Shown here: positions 9,956 to 20,101 of the stretch, one piece after another
How positions within the stretch are numbered: position 1 is the stretch's first letter
Layout of the letters: each line of letters opens with the position of its first letter
NCBI GenBank assembly: GCA_009885935.1
Contig: VFJT01000028.1
Coordinates: forward strand, 1 to 52,472
Length of the DNA stretch: 52,472 nucleotides
Reading direction: 5' to 3'
Source of the DNA: Gammaproteobacteria bacterium
Lineage (GTDB): Bacteria; Pseudomonadota; Gammaproteobacteria; UBA1113
Notes under the pieces: model-generated
The model's database searches: none
Told to the model about the DNA's origin: nothing
The model's input: only the letters and a program-made list of their open reading frames with translations
Made by a program: the position numbers and the translations under genes

Positions 9956-10291
9956 ATGAATAAGCAAAAACCAGATTTTACAGAAGGCAGTGGCAATATC
10001 TATCAAGACTTAGGATTTGTCAATGCGGATGAGCAATTGGCTAAAGCCAAATTAGCCATGGGTATTGAGATGATCATCAAAGAAAGAAAACTAAAACAGA
10101 TCGCTGCGGCTAAAATATTAGGGATTAATCAACCTAAGATATCGGCATTAATGAATGGCAGATTGAGTGGCTTTTCCATGGAGCGTCTTATCCATTTTTT
10201 AAATTTATTAAATCAAAATGTAGAGATCGTAATTAGGACAAAAAAATTCAGCCTAAGTGAATTAGGAAGTTTAAATGTCATATTCTGTTAG
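9956..10291 (+). CDS. XRE-family HTH antitoxin (partner type of Gp49/HigB toxins), now orphaned
   Basis: FTEGSGNIYQDLGF.NADE...KLKQIAAAKILGINQPKISALMNGRLSGFSMERLIHFLNLL is the canonical layout for this family. The gene starts 2 nt after the toxin remnant. Confidence 0.75.
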   Translation: MNKQKPDFTEGSGNIYQDLGFVNADEQLAKAKLAMGIEMIIKERKLKQIAAAKILGINQPKISALMNGRLSGFSMERLIHFLNLLNQNVEIVIRTKKFSLSELGSLNVIFC

Positions 10292-10332
10292 AAACTCAAA
10301 CCACTCTTGACACAGTTAGCCGGTAATAGGGG

Positions 10333-11724
10333 TCATTTCCTATGAAAACGCATCATGCGCTGCCGTTTTTGCAGCTGACCCGGCGTTAAAACATTTTTCT
10401 TGCCTTCATAAGGGTTGCTATCCGTTTTAAATTGTAAGCGTATGGGCGTGCCCACAATTTTAAGTGCTTTATGATACACGTGCATCAAATAGCGTTTATA
10501 GGTTTCGGGCAGAGCTTCGGTTTGTTTGCCGTGGATAACGATGATCGGCGGTTGATGGCCGCCTGCATGCGCTAAACGCAACTTAATGCGTCGTCCATGA
10601 ACCATAGGAGGCTCATGACGTGTGGTTGCATCTTGCAGGATCGTCGTCAAACGTCCCGTGGTCAATTCCATGCGTGCTGATCGATAAGCTTGTTTGATAT
10701 AGGTATATAGATTGCCCACGCCCGTACCATGCAGAGCCGAGATGCACTGAATTTTGACATAATCTACAAAATGAAATGAATCCTTGAGAGCACCCTGCAC
10801 ATTCTTTCTAGTTTCAGTATCCAAACCATCCCACTTATTAACCGCGATGACTACTGCACGGCCAGCTTCGATAATATAGTTAAACAAACGTTGATCTTGC
10901 TGTGAAATTTCCTCACGCGCATTTAAAACCAATATAGACACATCAGCAGCTTCAATGGCTTGCAGAGCTTTGATCACCGAGAAGGTTTCCACCGTTTCTG
11001 TTACGTTCGCCCGCCGTCTGACGCCAGCGGTATCGATAAAAGTATAGTCTACACCATTATGTTCATGTGGAATATAAATGCTGCTGCGCGTCGTTCCCGG
11101 CATATCGTAAACGATGGTACGCTCTTCTCCCAATAAACGATTGATCAAAGTAGATTTGCCTACATTAGGCCGTCCTACAATGGCGACTTTAATGCCGCTG
11201 TGTTTAAATTCTTCTTGTAATCCTTCTTCAGGTAAAGGCAACTCGCTTAATACAGTTTCTAATAAAACATTGACACCGCGACCGTGGCTAGCGGCAATGG
11301 CATGCACATCACTAAAACCCAATTGATAAAAATCTGCTACAACTTCATCGATGACTTTGCCATCGACTTTATTCACTACTAGATGCACTTTTTTGCCTAA
11401 GCGCCGCAATTCGTTGGCCACTTCCACATCGGCACTGGTAACGCCGGACTTCGCATCCACCATAAATAATAATATGTCGGCTTCTTGCATGGCCAAACGC
11501 GCTTGCGCTTCGGTTAGATGTTCAATGGCGGCTAGCGCCTCGCCTATACCACCGGTATCGATGACGATGAAACGTTGCTCATCTATACAACCCTCGCCGT
11601 ATTGGCGATCGCGGGTCACACCCGGTTCATCGACGATTAAAGCGTCACGCGTGCGCGTGATGCGATTAAACAAAGTAGATTTGCCTACATTGGGTCGGCC
11701 CACAATGGCAATAACGGGCAACAT
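10333..11724 (-). CDS. der: Ribosome-associated GTPase Der (EngA)
   Basis: Two G domains, each with GRPNVGKST, plus a KH-like C-terminus. ATG 11724 with a gagg Shine-Dalgarno is preferred over GTG 11730. Confidence 0.92.
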   Translation of the reverse strand: MLPVIAIVGRPNVGKSTLFNRITRTRDALIVDEPGVTRDRQYGEGCIDEQRFIVIDTGGIGEALAAIEHLTEAQARLAMQEADILLFMVDAKSGVTSADVEVANELRRLGKKVHLVVNKVDGKVIDEVVADFYQLGFSDVHAIAASHGRGVNVLLETVLSELPLPEEGLQEEFKHSGIKVAIVGRPNVGKSTLINRLLGEERTIVYDMPGTTRSSIYIPHEHNGVDYTFIDTAGVRRRANVTETVETFSVIKALQAIEAADVSILVLNAREEISQQDQRLFNYIIEAGRAVVIAVNKWDGLDTETRKNVQGALKDSFHFVDYVKIQCISALHGTGVGNLYTYIKQAYRSARMELTTGRLTTILQDATTRHEPPMVHGRRIKLRLAHAGGHQPPIIVIHGKQTEALPETYKRYLMHVYHKALKIVGTPIRLQFKTDSNPYEGKKNVLTPGQLQKRQRMMRFHRK

Positions 11725-11732
11725 ATACACCT

Positions 11733-12878
11733 CTACAAACTATAGGCGACTACAGCGCCTTTATTTGACATAACAAAAACAGTATTCCCATCGGCAACCG
11801 GGTTTGAAATGATACCCTTTTTATCCATTTGCACACGTGCAACAAAATGACCGTCGCTTTGGCTTAACCAATGCACATCCCCCAGCGTATCGGCAACGAC
11901 TATATTGTCTCCCGAAATGACTGGCGCAGTTAGGGTACGGCCCAATAATCTATTTTGCCGCCACAAAACTTTACCGGTAGCGGGATCAAATGCCCAGACA
12001 CGACCCCTAGTATCGGTGACAAAAAGTGCGCGAGGAGACAGCGCTAAACCACTGCGCGTAGAGAGACGATGCTCCCAAATGGATGTCGCTTTAAATTTAT
12101 CTATGGCGACTATGCTACCCTGATAACTACCTACATAAATCACATTGTTGCTTATCAGCGGGTTGGCGTCGATGTCTACCATACGCGCAATATCGGAGAT
12201 ACCATTCGGCTGTGCCGCCGCACGCTGCCATAACAATTGCCCCTTATCCAAAGTGACTAGGGTCACTTTTCCATCGGCACTGCCTTGAATAACAATACCG
12301 TCGCTTATCACCGGTGAACTACCGCCTTGCAAAATCATGTTAGGCACATTGCCTTCATAACTCCAGATTTGACTGCCATCATTGCTATTAAAAGCCAGCA
12401 TTTGTTCATCAATGGTCTTGGTGATCACTATGCCATTGTTGTAAGCAGGGGCAGCAAAACTTCTATTGGGTAAGTTCGCCGTGAATAGTTTAGCACCATC
12501 GCTGGCGTTAAACGCTAATAATTCGCCCTGATTGTCATTCACAAATAGCTTGCCATCGCCCACGGCAGGCCCTGAACTCAAAAGCTTGTCTGCTTTTTTC
12601 TGCCACAGCACTCGTCCATTTTCAGCATTGTAAACGACCATAGACCCATTTTCACTAACCGTGTATAACTGGCCATCGGCTAATACTGGCGCGTAATTAA
12701 TGCCACTTTTGCCATTGCCATTACCGGTATGACCGCGCCATACGGTCTTAAGCGTCGCTGGATTTTGTACTGCCGCCAAAGGTTTAGCCGCCACTTTCTC
12801 TTTATCGCTGCTACAAGCAGCCAAGCCTAATAGCAGTACGGCCCCTATTAAAACGGCTTTTAGTGTATTCTTATTCAT
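11733..12878 (-). CDS. bamB: Outer membrane protein assembly factor BamB
   Basis: It has a lipobox LGLAAC and repeated PQQ-like beta-propeller blades. It sits in the conserved position between yfgM and der. Confidence 0.85.
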   Translation of the reverse strand: MNKNTLKAVLIGAVLLLGLAACSSDKEKVAAKPLAAVQNPATLKTVWRGHTGNGNGKSGINYAPVLADGQLYTVSENGSMVVYNAENGRVLWQKKADKLLSSGPAVGDGKLFVNDNQGELLAFNASDGAKLFTANLPNRSFAAPAYNNGIVITKTIDEQMLAFNSNDGSQIWSYEGNVPNMILQGGSSPVISDGIVIQGSADGKVTLVTLDKGQLLWQRAAAQPNGISDIARMVDIDANPLISNNVIYVGSYQGSIVAIDKFKATSIWEHRLSTRSGLALSPRALFVTDTRGRVWAFDPATGKVLWRQNRLLGRTLTAPVISGDNIVVADTLGDVHWLSQSDGHFVARVQMDKKGIISNPVADGNTVFVMSNKGAVVAYSL

Positions 12879-12896
12879 AATTTCCTCGCTCCTCTT

Positions 12897-13538
12897 TTAA
12901 TTAACTTGCGCTAGCTGTGGATCGCTTAATTTCATTTGCAACATACTGGCTAGGCCAGAAAATTGGCTGGCCCCATTGAATGCCGACTCATAGGCCTTCT
13001 TTGCCTCTGCATATTGTTTCTGCATTAAATAGATATCTCCTTTTGTCGTTTCAATTAACGGTATATACGTTTTATCCTCTACTTTTTTTAATACCATTTG
13101 GGCATCGTTTATTTTTTGCTGCTGCAACAACACTCGCGCTAAACGTATACGCGCAATTTGGCGAAAAGCATTTATTTTGCTATGATCGATGATCCACTGC
13201 AATTGACTGTCTGCCTTATCGTATTCCCCAGCATTCACTGCTATTTGCGCCGCAAAAAATTGCGCCATGCTGGCATAGGGTGTTTTAGGATAATTCTTAA
13301 CGATTTCATCGGCAATGAGTGCTGTGACTGGACTATTAGGAATAGAGGTTGAATTTAATAAAGTTACATAAGCATTCGCTGCTTTTTCAGAGGCTACAAC
13401 CCGCTTAGCCATAAAAAATTGCAGCGCATAAAATAAAGCAAGGCCTAAGGCCAAACCCATGATTATAGAAAAACCATATTTTCTTAACCACGCTTTAACT
13501 GCTTGTGCCTGATCATCTGCGTTGTAGTATTCTTCCAT
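12897..13538 (-). CDS. yfgM: YfgM-like membrane-anchored TPR-like protein
   Basis: It has one N-terminal TM segment (FSIIMGLALGLALFYALQFF) and a helical repeat region. It sits in the conserved position between hisS and bamB. Confidence 0.65.
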   Translation of the reverse strand: MEEYYNADDQAQAVKAWLRKYGFSIIMGLALGLALFYALQFFMAKRVVASEKAANAYVTLLNSTSIPNSPVTALIADEIVKNYPKTPYASMAQFFAAQIAVNAGEYDKADSQLQWIIDHSKINAFRQIARIRLARVLLQQQKINDAQMVLKKVEDKTYIPLIETTKGDIYLMQKQYAEAKKAYESAFNGASQFSGLASMLQMKLSDPQLAQVN

Positions 13539-13540
13539 TG

Positions 13541-14818
13541 TTAACGACTCCTAAGCTTTTCTAAAAAAGTAAATAATTCTGCTGTGGCTATTTTAGTCTG
13601 TGGCAACTGTTCATCGCGTAGATGCTTAACTGTCACGTTTTTCTCAGTGCATTCTTCTGCCCCTATTATTAGAGCCAATCCTGCACCTGATTTATCAGCT
13701 TTTTTAAATTGGTTTTTAAAGCTGGCATCACTACAATCGGTTAATACACGCAAATCTTTACAGTGCCTACGAATATCACGTGCTAATTTTAATGCGCACA
13801 AACGCGGCGCGCCGGGTGTGCTCACGATATAAATATCGGCAGGTTCGTTCACTTCTTGTTGCTGCAATTGCAACAACAACAGTATGCGCTCTAAACCCAT
13901 GGCAAAACCAACAGCCGGCACAGATTTTCCACCCATTTGCTCCACCAAGCTGTCATAGCGGCCACCGGCACAGACTGTGCCTTGCGCACCTAATTCGTTG
14001 CTAACCCACTCAAACACAGTGTGGGTATAATAATCCAAACCACGCACCAAAGCAGGGTTAATTTGGTAAGCAATGTCCAAGGCATCTAAACCGGCACAGA
14101 CTGCAGCGAAATGTGCTTTAGAGGCATCATCTAAATAGTCCATAAGCTTAGGCGCATCGCTAATAATTTTTTGCGTTTTTTCATCTTTGCTGTCTAGAAT
14201 ACGCAAAGGATTGGTATGTAACCGTCGTTGGCTGTCTTTATCCAATTCAGTACAATACTGATTTAAATACTCCACCAATTTTTCTTTGTGCGCCTTGCGC
14301 GCCACAGCCGTTCCCAACGTATTGATCTGTAACACCAGCGGTGCTTGCAAAGATAAATTACGCCATAGTGCTTCAGATAATAAAATCATTTCTAAATCTA
14401 TATCGGCACTCATTACGCCAAAGGCTTCCACGCCTAATTGATAAAATTGACGATAACGCCCTTTTTGCGGCCGCTCATATCTATACATAGGCCCCATATA
14501 CCACCAACGTTGTACCCCTTGGGTCAATAATCCATGCTCTAACCCTAAACGCACTGCACTGGCGGTACCTTCTGGACGCAACGCCAAGCTGTCGCCATTT
14601 CTATCGTCAAACTCATACATTTCTTTTTCTACAATATCCGTGGCTACACCGATATTGCGTTTAAACAATTCTGTTTTTTCTAATATGGGCGTGCGGATTT
14701 CATCGTAGCCAAATGAATAAACCGTTTCGCGTATGATCTTTTCGATATGACGCCACAAAGCACTGTCGCTGGGTAGTACATCATTCATGCCTCGTATTGC
14801 TTGGATATATTCCGTCAT
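13541..14818 (-). CDS. hisS: Histidine--tRNA ligase
   Basis: MTEYIQAIRGMNDVLP parallels the E. coli HisS N-terminus. Class II motifs are present (RYERPQKGRYRQF, GGGRYD-like CAGGRYD). I trimmed the start to ATG 14818. Confidence 0.92.
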   Translation of the reverse strand: MTEYIQAIRGMNDVLPSDSALWRHIEKIIRETVYSFGYDEIRTPILEKTELFKRNIGVATDIVEKEMYEFDDRNGDSLALRPEGTASAVRLGLEHGLLTQGVQRWWYMGPMYRYERPQKGRYRQFYQLGVEAFGVMSADIDLEMILLSEALWRNLSLQAPLVLQINTLGTAVARKAHKEKLVEYLNQYCTELDKDSQRRLHTNPLRILDSKDEKTQKIISDAPKLMDYLDDASKAHFAAVCAGLDALDIAYQINPALVRGLDYYTHTVFEWVSNELGAQGTVCAGGRYDSLVEQMGGKSVPAVGFAMGLERILLLLQLQQQEVNEPADIYIVSTPGAPRLCALKLARDIRRHCKDLRVLTDCSDASFKNQFKKADKSGAGLALIIGAEECTEKNVTVKHLRDEQLPQTKIATAELFTFLEKLRSR

Positions 14819-14835
14819 TTCAACCTTCACTCATC

Positions 14836-15681
14836 TTAATCACCACCGAAGCGCGGCGCTTGGCCATCGACTATAGGCGCATGAGCACTGCTTTCAGATT
14901 GTGTACGCTTTTTTTGAGTCTTTACCGCAGGTGTAGTTGCGCCTGTTGTAGGCGCCATTGTTGCTGCAGCTGCGGTTCCATTAGCGTTGTTTACAGTCGC
15001 TGTTGAAGAGGGCGTAGTTGCCGCTGTCGTGGGACTTGCTGTCGTTGCACCCTTTAATAAATCGGCACTTGCACCTAAAGCACCACTGACTTGTTCGGGC
15101 GTAGCCACTGTGGTACTGGCTGTAGCACTTTCTTTTTCGGCTTGCAAGCTATGCTGTAGTGAGGATACTTGCGACAAAGTCGTACTGACAGAACTACTTA
15201 AACTTTTTATGCTGGAATTGTAATTTTGCCACCATAAAACTAAAGATATTACAATAAAAGCCACAACCGCTAAACCCGTCCAACGCCAATAGCGATCGCC
15301 ACGGCTTTTGTCATGGGTAATATATTTCGGGATACCCGTTGCAACCTTATCTTGCAATGCCAATTGATTGAATAGTTGTATTACATCCATTTCAGCAATA
15401 CCCACTAATTTAGCATAGCCACGCAAATAACCCCGTACAAAGGCTAAGGATGAAAAAGCATCAAAATTATCCGCTTCTAAATCTAAGATGTATTGTGTTT
15501 GCAAACGCATCTCGCGCGCAATATCCCATTCGTTTAAATGCAATGCCAAGCGTCTATCTCGCAACAATGCGCCCGGGCTCATGATGACCGCTTCATCATG
15601 TTTTAGATCGGGGAACGCTCCAGCTTGTTCCTGTAAAATTTCCTTCATGCCACACCTCGTGTTGTTGCTAGTTGACTTCAT
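14836..15681 (-). CDS. rodZ: RodZ-like cytoskeleton protein (HTH + TM + low-complexity tail)
   Basis: An N-terminal HTH region, a TM segment WRWTGLAVVAFIVISLVLWW, then an Ala/Thr/Ser-rich tail. No obvious DUF4115-like C-terminal domain is present. It has conserved neighbours. Confidence 0.7.
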   Translation of the reverse strand: MKSTSNNTRCGMKEILQEQAGAFPDLKHDEAVIMSPGALLRDRRLALHLNEWDIAREMRLQTQYILDLEADNFDAFSSLAFVRGYLRGYAKLVGIAEMDVIQLFNQLALQDKVATGIPKYITHDKSRGDRYWRWTGLAVVAFIVISLVLWWQNYNSSIKSLSSSVSTTLSQVSSLQHSLQAEKESATASTTVATPEQVSGALGASADLLKGATTASPTTAATTPSSTATVNNANGTAAAATMAPTTGATTPAVKTQKKRTQSESSAHAPIVDGQAPRFGGD

Positions 15682-15693
15682 CTCATTGCTCCC

Positions 15694-16302
15694 TTAAGTT
15701 TTATCGATCTTCGCTATTTGCTGCAATGATGTCTGTAACTTAGGATCGATGCGCAGTGCCTTTAAAAAGTAATCTCTAGCAGTTGCTACATCGTTTTGCT
15801 CTAAATGGCACAAGCCTAAGTTTTCATAGGTTTGCGCCGTACTCACATAATTAGGATCATCGATGGCTTTTTGAAAATAGATATACGCCGCAGCATAGTC
15901 TTTTTTCTTACATAAGAAAACGCCATAATTATTGGCCGCATCACCCTTTTCCGTCGCTAAAGCATAAGCGCGTTTATAGTAGTGATCCGCTTCTTTAGAG
16001 TTGCCGATAGTATCGTAATAATAGGCCATGCCAGCTGCCACTATACTAGAACGGGGATCTTGCTTTTGTGCCATCAGCAATTTGGTTTTAGCCCGCTCTA
16101 TGTCGCCTTGTTGCAAATACCCTACCCCTAATTGGGCATTGATGGCTGCTGCTTTAGGGTTATAGCTCAAAGCACTCAGTGGTATCCCATTGTCATTGGT
16201 AAGTGCAGCATTGTCATTATTAGGTTGTGATACGCAGCCCGCTACAGCCAACAAGAGCATAATGCTCGTCAGATAGCGACTAATACCCCTCATTTTTACC
16301 AT
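15694..16302 (-). CDS. pilW: Type IV pilus biogenesis/stability TPR lipoprotein PilW (PilF)
   Basis: It has a lipobox LAVAGC and TPR repeats. It sits in the conserved position between rlmN and rodZ, as in Pseudomonas. Confidence 0.7.
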   Translation of the reverse strand: MVKMRGISRYLTSIMLLLAVAGCVSQPNNDNAALTNDNGIPLSALSYNPKAAAINAQLGVGYLQQGDIERAKTKLLMAQKQDPRSSIVAAGMAYYYDTIGNSKEADHYYKRAYALATEKGDAANNYGVFLCKKKDYAAAYIYFQKAIDDPNYVSTAQTYENLGLCHLEQNDVATARDYFLKALRIDPKLQTSLQQIAKIDKT

Positions 16303-16433
16303 TATATATGTATGCCAATCAGCCTAAAGCGCCATTATACGGCAGTCTATGGTATAAATAAAGAGTGGGTTTTGCGTTTAATATATACAAACAACATCTT
16401 TTTGTCTAAAGTTTAATCTAAGCTATTCAGCAA

Positions 16434-17114
16434 TTACCAGGTTAATGTGCTGCCATCGTAGCGCAGAAAACCACCACTATCGGCTGGGCTTAAATTGGAC
16501 AAAACCTTTCTAATGCTTTTAACGCTGTCTTCGGGCGTGACCGAGGCATTAGGCCCACCCATATCGGTTTGCACCCAACCAGGATGCAAAACAACCACTT
16601 TGATACCTTGGGCCTTTAAATCAATGGCCATACTTTTGGTGATGGCATTTAAAGCCGCTTTAGTACTGCGATAAGCATAATTACCGCCAGAGGTATTTTG
16701 AGCTATCGAACCCATAACACTGCTCATATTCGCTATGATCTTAAGACGACTCGCAGCAATGTTTTTAAATAAAACTTCGGCTAAAATGAACGGTGCCACC
16801 GTATTCACTTTAAAAGTTTCTATTAATAATTCAGCTTCGATGGTACCGAATACTTGATCTTCCGGTAAAACACCCGCATTGTTCAGCAAGATGTCTATGG
16901 GTTGATCGCCTATGTGACGACTTAAATCCTTTATACTGTGCGCATCGCTTACATCCAATTGCAAAATTTTAATATTGTCTTTTAATTTATGCAGTGCATC
17001 CGCTTGTGCTGGATCACGGCAGCAAGCAATAACCTGCCAACCATCAGCAGAATATTGCTTGACCATCTCTAAACCTAAACCTCTGTTGGCGCCGGTGATC
17101 AATACTGTATGCAT
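16434..17114 (-). CDS. Short-chain dehydrogenase/reductase (SDR)
   Basis: It has a TGANRGLG cofactor motif and YRSTKAALN (YxxxK). I trimmed the start to ATG 17114, which has a Shine-Dalgarno aaggaa. Confidence 0.8.
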   Translation of the reverse strand: MHTVLITGANRGLGLEMVKQYSADGWQVIACCRDPAQADALHKLKDNIKILQLDVSDAHSIKDLSRHIGDQPIDILLNNAGVLPEDQVFGTIEAELLIETFKVNTVAPFILAEVLFKNIAASRLKIIANMSSVMGSIAQNTSGGNYAYRSTKAALNAITKSMAIDLKAQGIKVVVLHPGWVQTDMGGPNASVTPEDSVKSIRKVLSNLSPADSGGFLRYDGSTLTW

Positions 17115-17174
17115 GGTTTTTTCCTTATTTTTTCTCTTAGAGTACTCACGACCCAGCACAGAGCGCAGAGCCAG

Positions 17175-17291
17175 GGCCAAAGCTATTGCTGCAGAGTTGT
17201 GTCAAACCGTGAGGCAGCATGGATGCTGCGACCGAGCCCCCAGGGATGGGTTTACGGCGTGTTTGACACAACGGCAGCGATAGCTTTGGCC
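17175..17291. mobile_element. MITE-like element, copy A1 (about 115 bp with about 30-bp terminal inverted repeats)
   Basis: The ends are ccaaagctattgctgcagagttgtgtcaaac and gtttgacacaacggcagcgatagctttgg. The termini are near-identical to the 34115-34225 copy, which is inverted. The 31-bp core is shared with 35245-35356. Confidence 0.6.
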
Positions 17292-17371
17292 AATTCAGAT
17301 TGAAGTTTAAGATAGCATTAAATTTTTGCAGCATGTAACGAAAATTTATAAACAATCTTCGAGTCATCCCG

Positions 17372-17590
17372 CTACCTCAGTCTAAACGTACCATATTTCG
17401 TAGACGTATCATGAGCCTTGTTAGGAAATAAAACGCTTTTTTCTTCTTCGGGAGAAGAAAAAAAATTATGTGCACTTTCCGCTGCATAATTTAATGAAGA
17501 ACCTTTGTGCTCTGCTAGAAATTTTGGACCCACAGAACCATTATCGCCCTCTATGCGCTCATATTTATTACCAAATATACTACTAAGCAT
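17372..17590 (-). CDS. Small hypothetical protein (72 aa)
   Basis: A good Shine-Dalgarno gaggt lies 6 nt upstream of the ATG. The protein is hydrophilic and I recognise no motif. Confidence 0.35.
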   Translation of the reverse strand: MLSSIFGNKYERIEGDNGSVGPKFLAEHKGSSLNYAAESAHNFFSSPEEEKSVLFPNKAHDTSTKYGTFRLR

Positions 17591-17629
17591 CGATTTACCT
17601 CTCTTAATTTTTATAATTAAAACTATACT

Positions 17630-18730
17630 CTATTCCACAACCACTTTGTCACGCAAAAATCGTTCCTTGCGCCGCGTTCTATCGCTAAAGTCACCGACTA
17701 ATTGGCCGCAAGCGCCGTCGATATCTTCGCCGCGCGTTTTGCGTACAGTGGTTTGTAGGCCTGAACGCATGACTATTTCTTGGAAACGGTATATAGTCTC
17801 TTCATCAGAACAAACGTAATTTGTTTTAGGGAATGGGTTAAAAGGAATTAAATTAACCTTGGCCGGCACCCCTTCTAACAAACGCACCAATTGCTTCGCG
17901 CATTGTGGCGTATCATTGACACCCTTTAACATCACATATTCAAAAGTCACTTTACGCTTAGAATCGGCGGGAAAATGATCTTTACACGCCTTCATCAATT
18001 CCGCCAAAGGATATTTACGATTGATGGGCACCAATTCATTGCGCAATTCATCGTTAGGCGCGTGCAGAGAAACGGCTAAAGCTACATCGCTGACGCGCGC
18101 TAACTCATACATTTGCGGCACCACGCCGGAGGTACTTAAAGTGACGCGTCGTTTAGCCAAACCATAGGCTAAATCATCCATCATCAATGACATCGCCGAA
18201 ACGACATTATCGAAATTCAGCAAAGGCTCACCCATGCCCATCATCACCACGTTGGTGATCATTCTATCGTGATGTCCGCTGTCAGTAGACAAGGCTCGCA
18301 CGGCAAAAAAGACTTGGCCGATGATTTCCCCTACCGTCAAATTGCGCGAAAAGCCCTGCGTTCCCGTAGAGCAGAAAGTGCAAGTCAACATGCACCCTAC
18401 TTGCGATGACACGCACAAGGTACCGCGCGTTCTTTCCGGTATATACACCGTTTCGATGCAATTACCATCTTCTAAGCGCAACAACCATTTGTGTGTGCCG
18501 TCTTTGGCGACTTGATCAAGCGTTGGGGTTAATTGTTTGATTTCAGAAACCTCAGCCAATTTTTGCCGCAACTTCTTACTGAGATTAGACATGGCATCAA
18601 AGTCGGTTACACCATATTGATGCAGCCACTGTAACAATTGATGCGCGCGATAAGACGGCTCATTTTGCGTTACAAAAAAAGCCTCCATTGCGGCACGGTC
18701 TAAATCCAGTAAGTTGATTTTTGCAGTCAT
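17630..18730 (-). CDS. rlmN: 23S rRNA/tRNA (adenine-C2)-methyltransferase RlmN (radical SAM)
   Basis: CxxxCxxC in [13 protein letters not shown], plus MGMGEPL and a C-terminal CGQL motif. Confidence 0.92.
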   Translation of the reverse strand: MTAKINLLDLDRAAMEAFFVTQNEPSYRAHQLLQWLHQYGVTDFDAMSNLSKKLRQKLAEVSEIKQLTPTLDQVAKDGTHKWLLRLEDGNCIETVYIPERTRGTLCVSSQVGCMLTCTFCSTGTQGFSRNLTVGEIIGQVFFAVRALSTDSGHHDRMITNVVMMGMGEPLLNFDNVVSAMSLMMDDLAYGLAKRRVTLSTSGVVPQMYELARVSDVALAVSLHAPNDELRNELVPINRKYPLAELMKACKDHFPADSKRKVTFEYVMLKGVNDTPQCAKQLVRLLEGVPAKVNLIPFNPFPKTNYVCSDEETIYRFQEIVMRSGLQTTVRKTRGEDIDGACGQLVGDFSDRTRRKERFLRDKVVVE

Positions 18731-18740
18731 AACTTTAGCT

Positions 18741-19163
18741 TTAATGCGCTATTTCTGCAGCATCAAAAAAGAAAGCGATTTCTCTCGTTGCAGCCGCTTC
18801 TGAATCCGAACCATGGACGGCATTCTCATCTATGCTGTCCGCAAAATCGGCACGTATGGTACCAGGCGTGGCTTTCTTAGGATCGGTAGCACCCATCAAT
18901 TCACGGTTTTTTAGGATGGCGTTATTTCCTGCCAATACCAATACTATTACTGGACCGGAAATCATAAAACGCACTAAATCACCAAAAAAGCCACGCTCTT
19001 TGTGCTCGGCATAAAAGGCCTCGGCTTCAGCTTGACTTAATTGTTTCATCTTCATGGCCACGACTTTTAGGTCATTGCCTTCAAATTTAGACAGAATTTG
19101 TCCTATTACGTTTTTACGTACTGCATCCGGTTTGATAATCGACAGTGTTTTTTCTACAGACAT
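18741..19163 (-). CDS. ndk: Nucleoside-diphosphate kinase
   Basis: 140 aa, with [10 protein letters not shown] and the catalytic NAVHGSDS. Confidence 0.94.
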   Translation of the reverse strand: MSVEKTLSIIKPDAVRKNVIGQILSKFEGNDLKVVAMKMKQLSQAEAEAFYAEHKERGFFGDLVRFMISGPVIVLVLAGNNAILKNRELMGATDPKKATPGTIRADFADSIDENAVHGSDSEAAATREIAFFFDAAEIAH

Positions 19164-19369
19164 GATTTTCCTCTAATTAAAAAATAACGGTAAGGGCAGC
19201 ATTATATCTAAATGCGCAGGAAAATACCAATGAAGCCAGTCAAAACCAGCTTTATATACCTTTCGGTCGGTTGTTTAAGCTAAGATCAGCCCCCTTTCCA
19301 CCCAAAACACCATCAATCGGGCTTGTTTTGCATTTTTTTTGTACTATAGTTGAAGTTGAGGGGTAAGTT

Positions 19370-20101
19370 ATGAATAATAAAAATGCACATTTTCCAGCTT
19401 GGCGCCAAAAAGCTGCCAAGGTCGTAGGAAGTCTGATCGTTAGTGCTGCTCTATTGCTGTGGACGCAGCCTGTAGAAGCCGGCCAACGTTATGGCCAGAA
19501 ACTGTGTAAGGCCCCAGGCTATAGCTGTATTACAGTGAAACGCAGTCAAAGTTGGACTTCTTTATTCCCGAATAAATATGACCGCGAAGTAGTGCAACGC
19601 TTGAACCGCATGGGTACACCTCTCTATAAGGGCATGCGTATTGCCGTTCCAGACAATTTAGCCAATACCAATCTACTGGATATTTCACCCTTCGCTGAAA
19701 GCATTACCCCGTCCAATCGTAAAACCATTATTGTCGATCCCAATAAACTAGCCTTTGGTGCTTATGATACCGACGGCACTTTAGTACACTGGGGCCCCGT
19801 TTCGGCAGGTCAAAATTACTGCAGTGATGTAAAGCGTCGCTGCCATACCATTACCGGCACATATTCCATTTACACCAAACAGGGCGCAGGCTGTAAGTCT
19901 AAAAAGTATCCACTGGGTAAGGGTGGTGCACCCATGCCCTATTGTATGTTTTTCCACAAAGGATTTGCGCTGCATGGCTCGCCAACCGTTCCCGGATATA
20001 ATGCTAGCCATGGGTGTGTACGACTCTATAAAGACGATGCAAAATGGTTAAATACGCAATTTGTGCAAAATGGTACGAAAGTGATTATTCGCCCTTATTA
20101 A
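19370..20101 (+). CDS. L,D-transpeptidase (LysM-like + YkuD domain), secreted
   Basis: It has a signal peptide and a catalytic HGSPTVPGYNASHGCVRL motif. Its stop overlaps the dusA stop in convergent orientation (TTAA). Confidence 0.8.
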   Translation: MNNKNAHFPAWRQKAAKVVGSLIVSAALLLWTQPVEAGQRYGQKLCKAPGYSCITVKRSQSWTSLFPNKYDREVVQRLNRMGTPLYKGMRIAVPDNLANTNLLDISPFAESITPSNRKTIIVDPNKLAFGAYDTDGTLVHWGPVSAGQNYCSDVKRRCHTITGTYSIYTKQGAGCKSKKYPLGKGGAPMPYCMFFHKGFALHGSPTVPGYNASHGCVRLYKDDAKWLNTQFVQNGTKVIIRPY

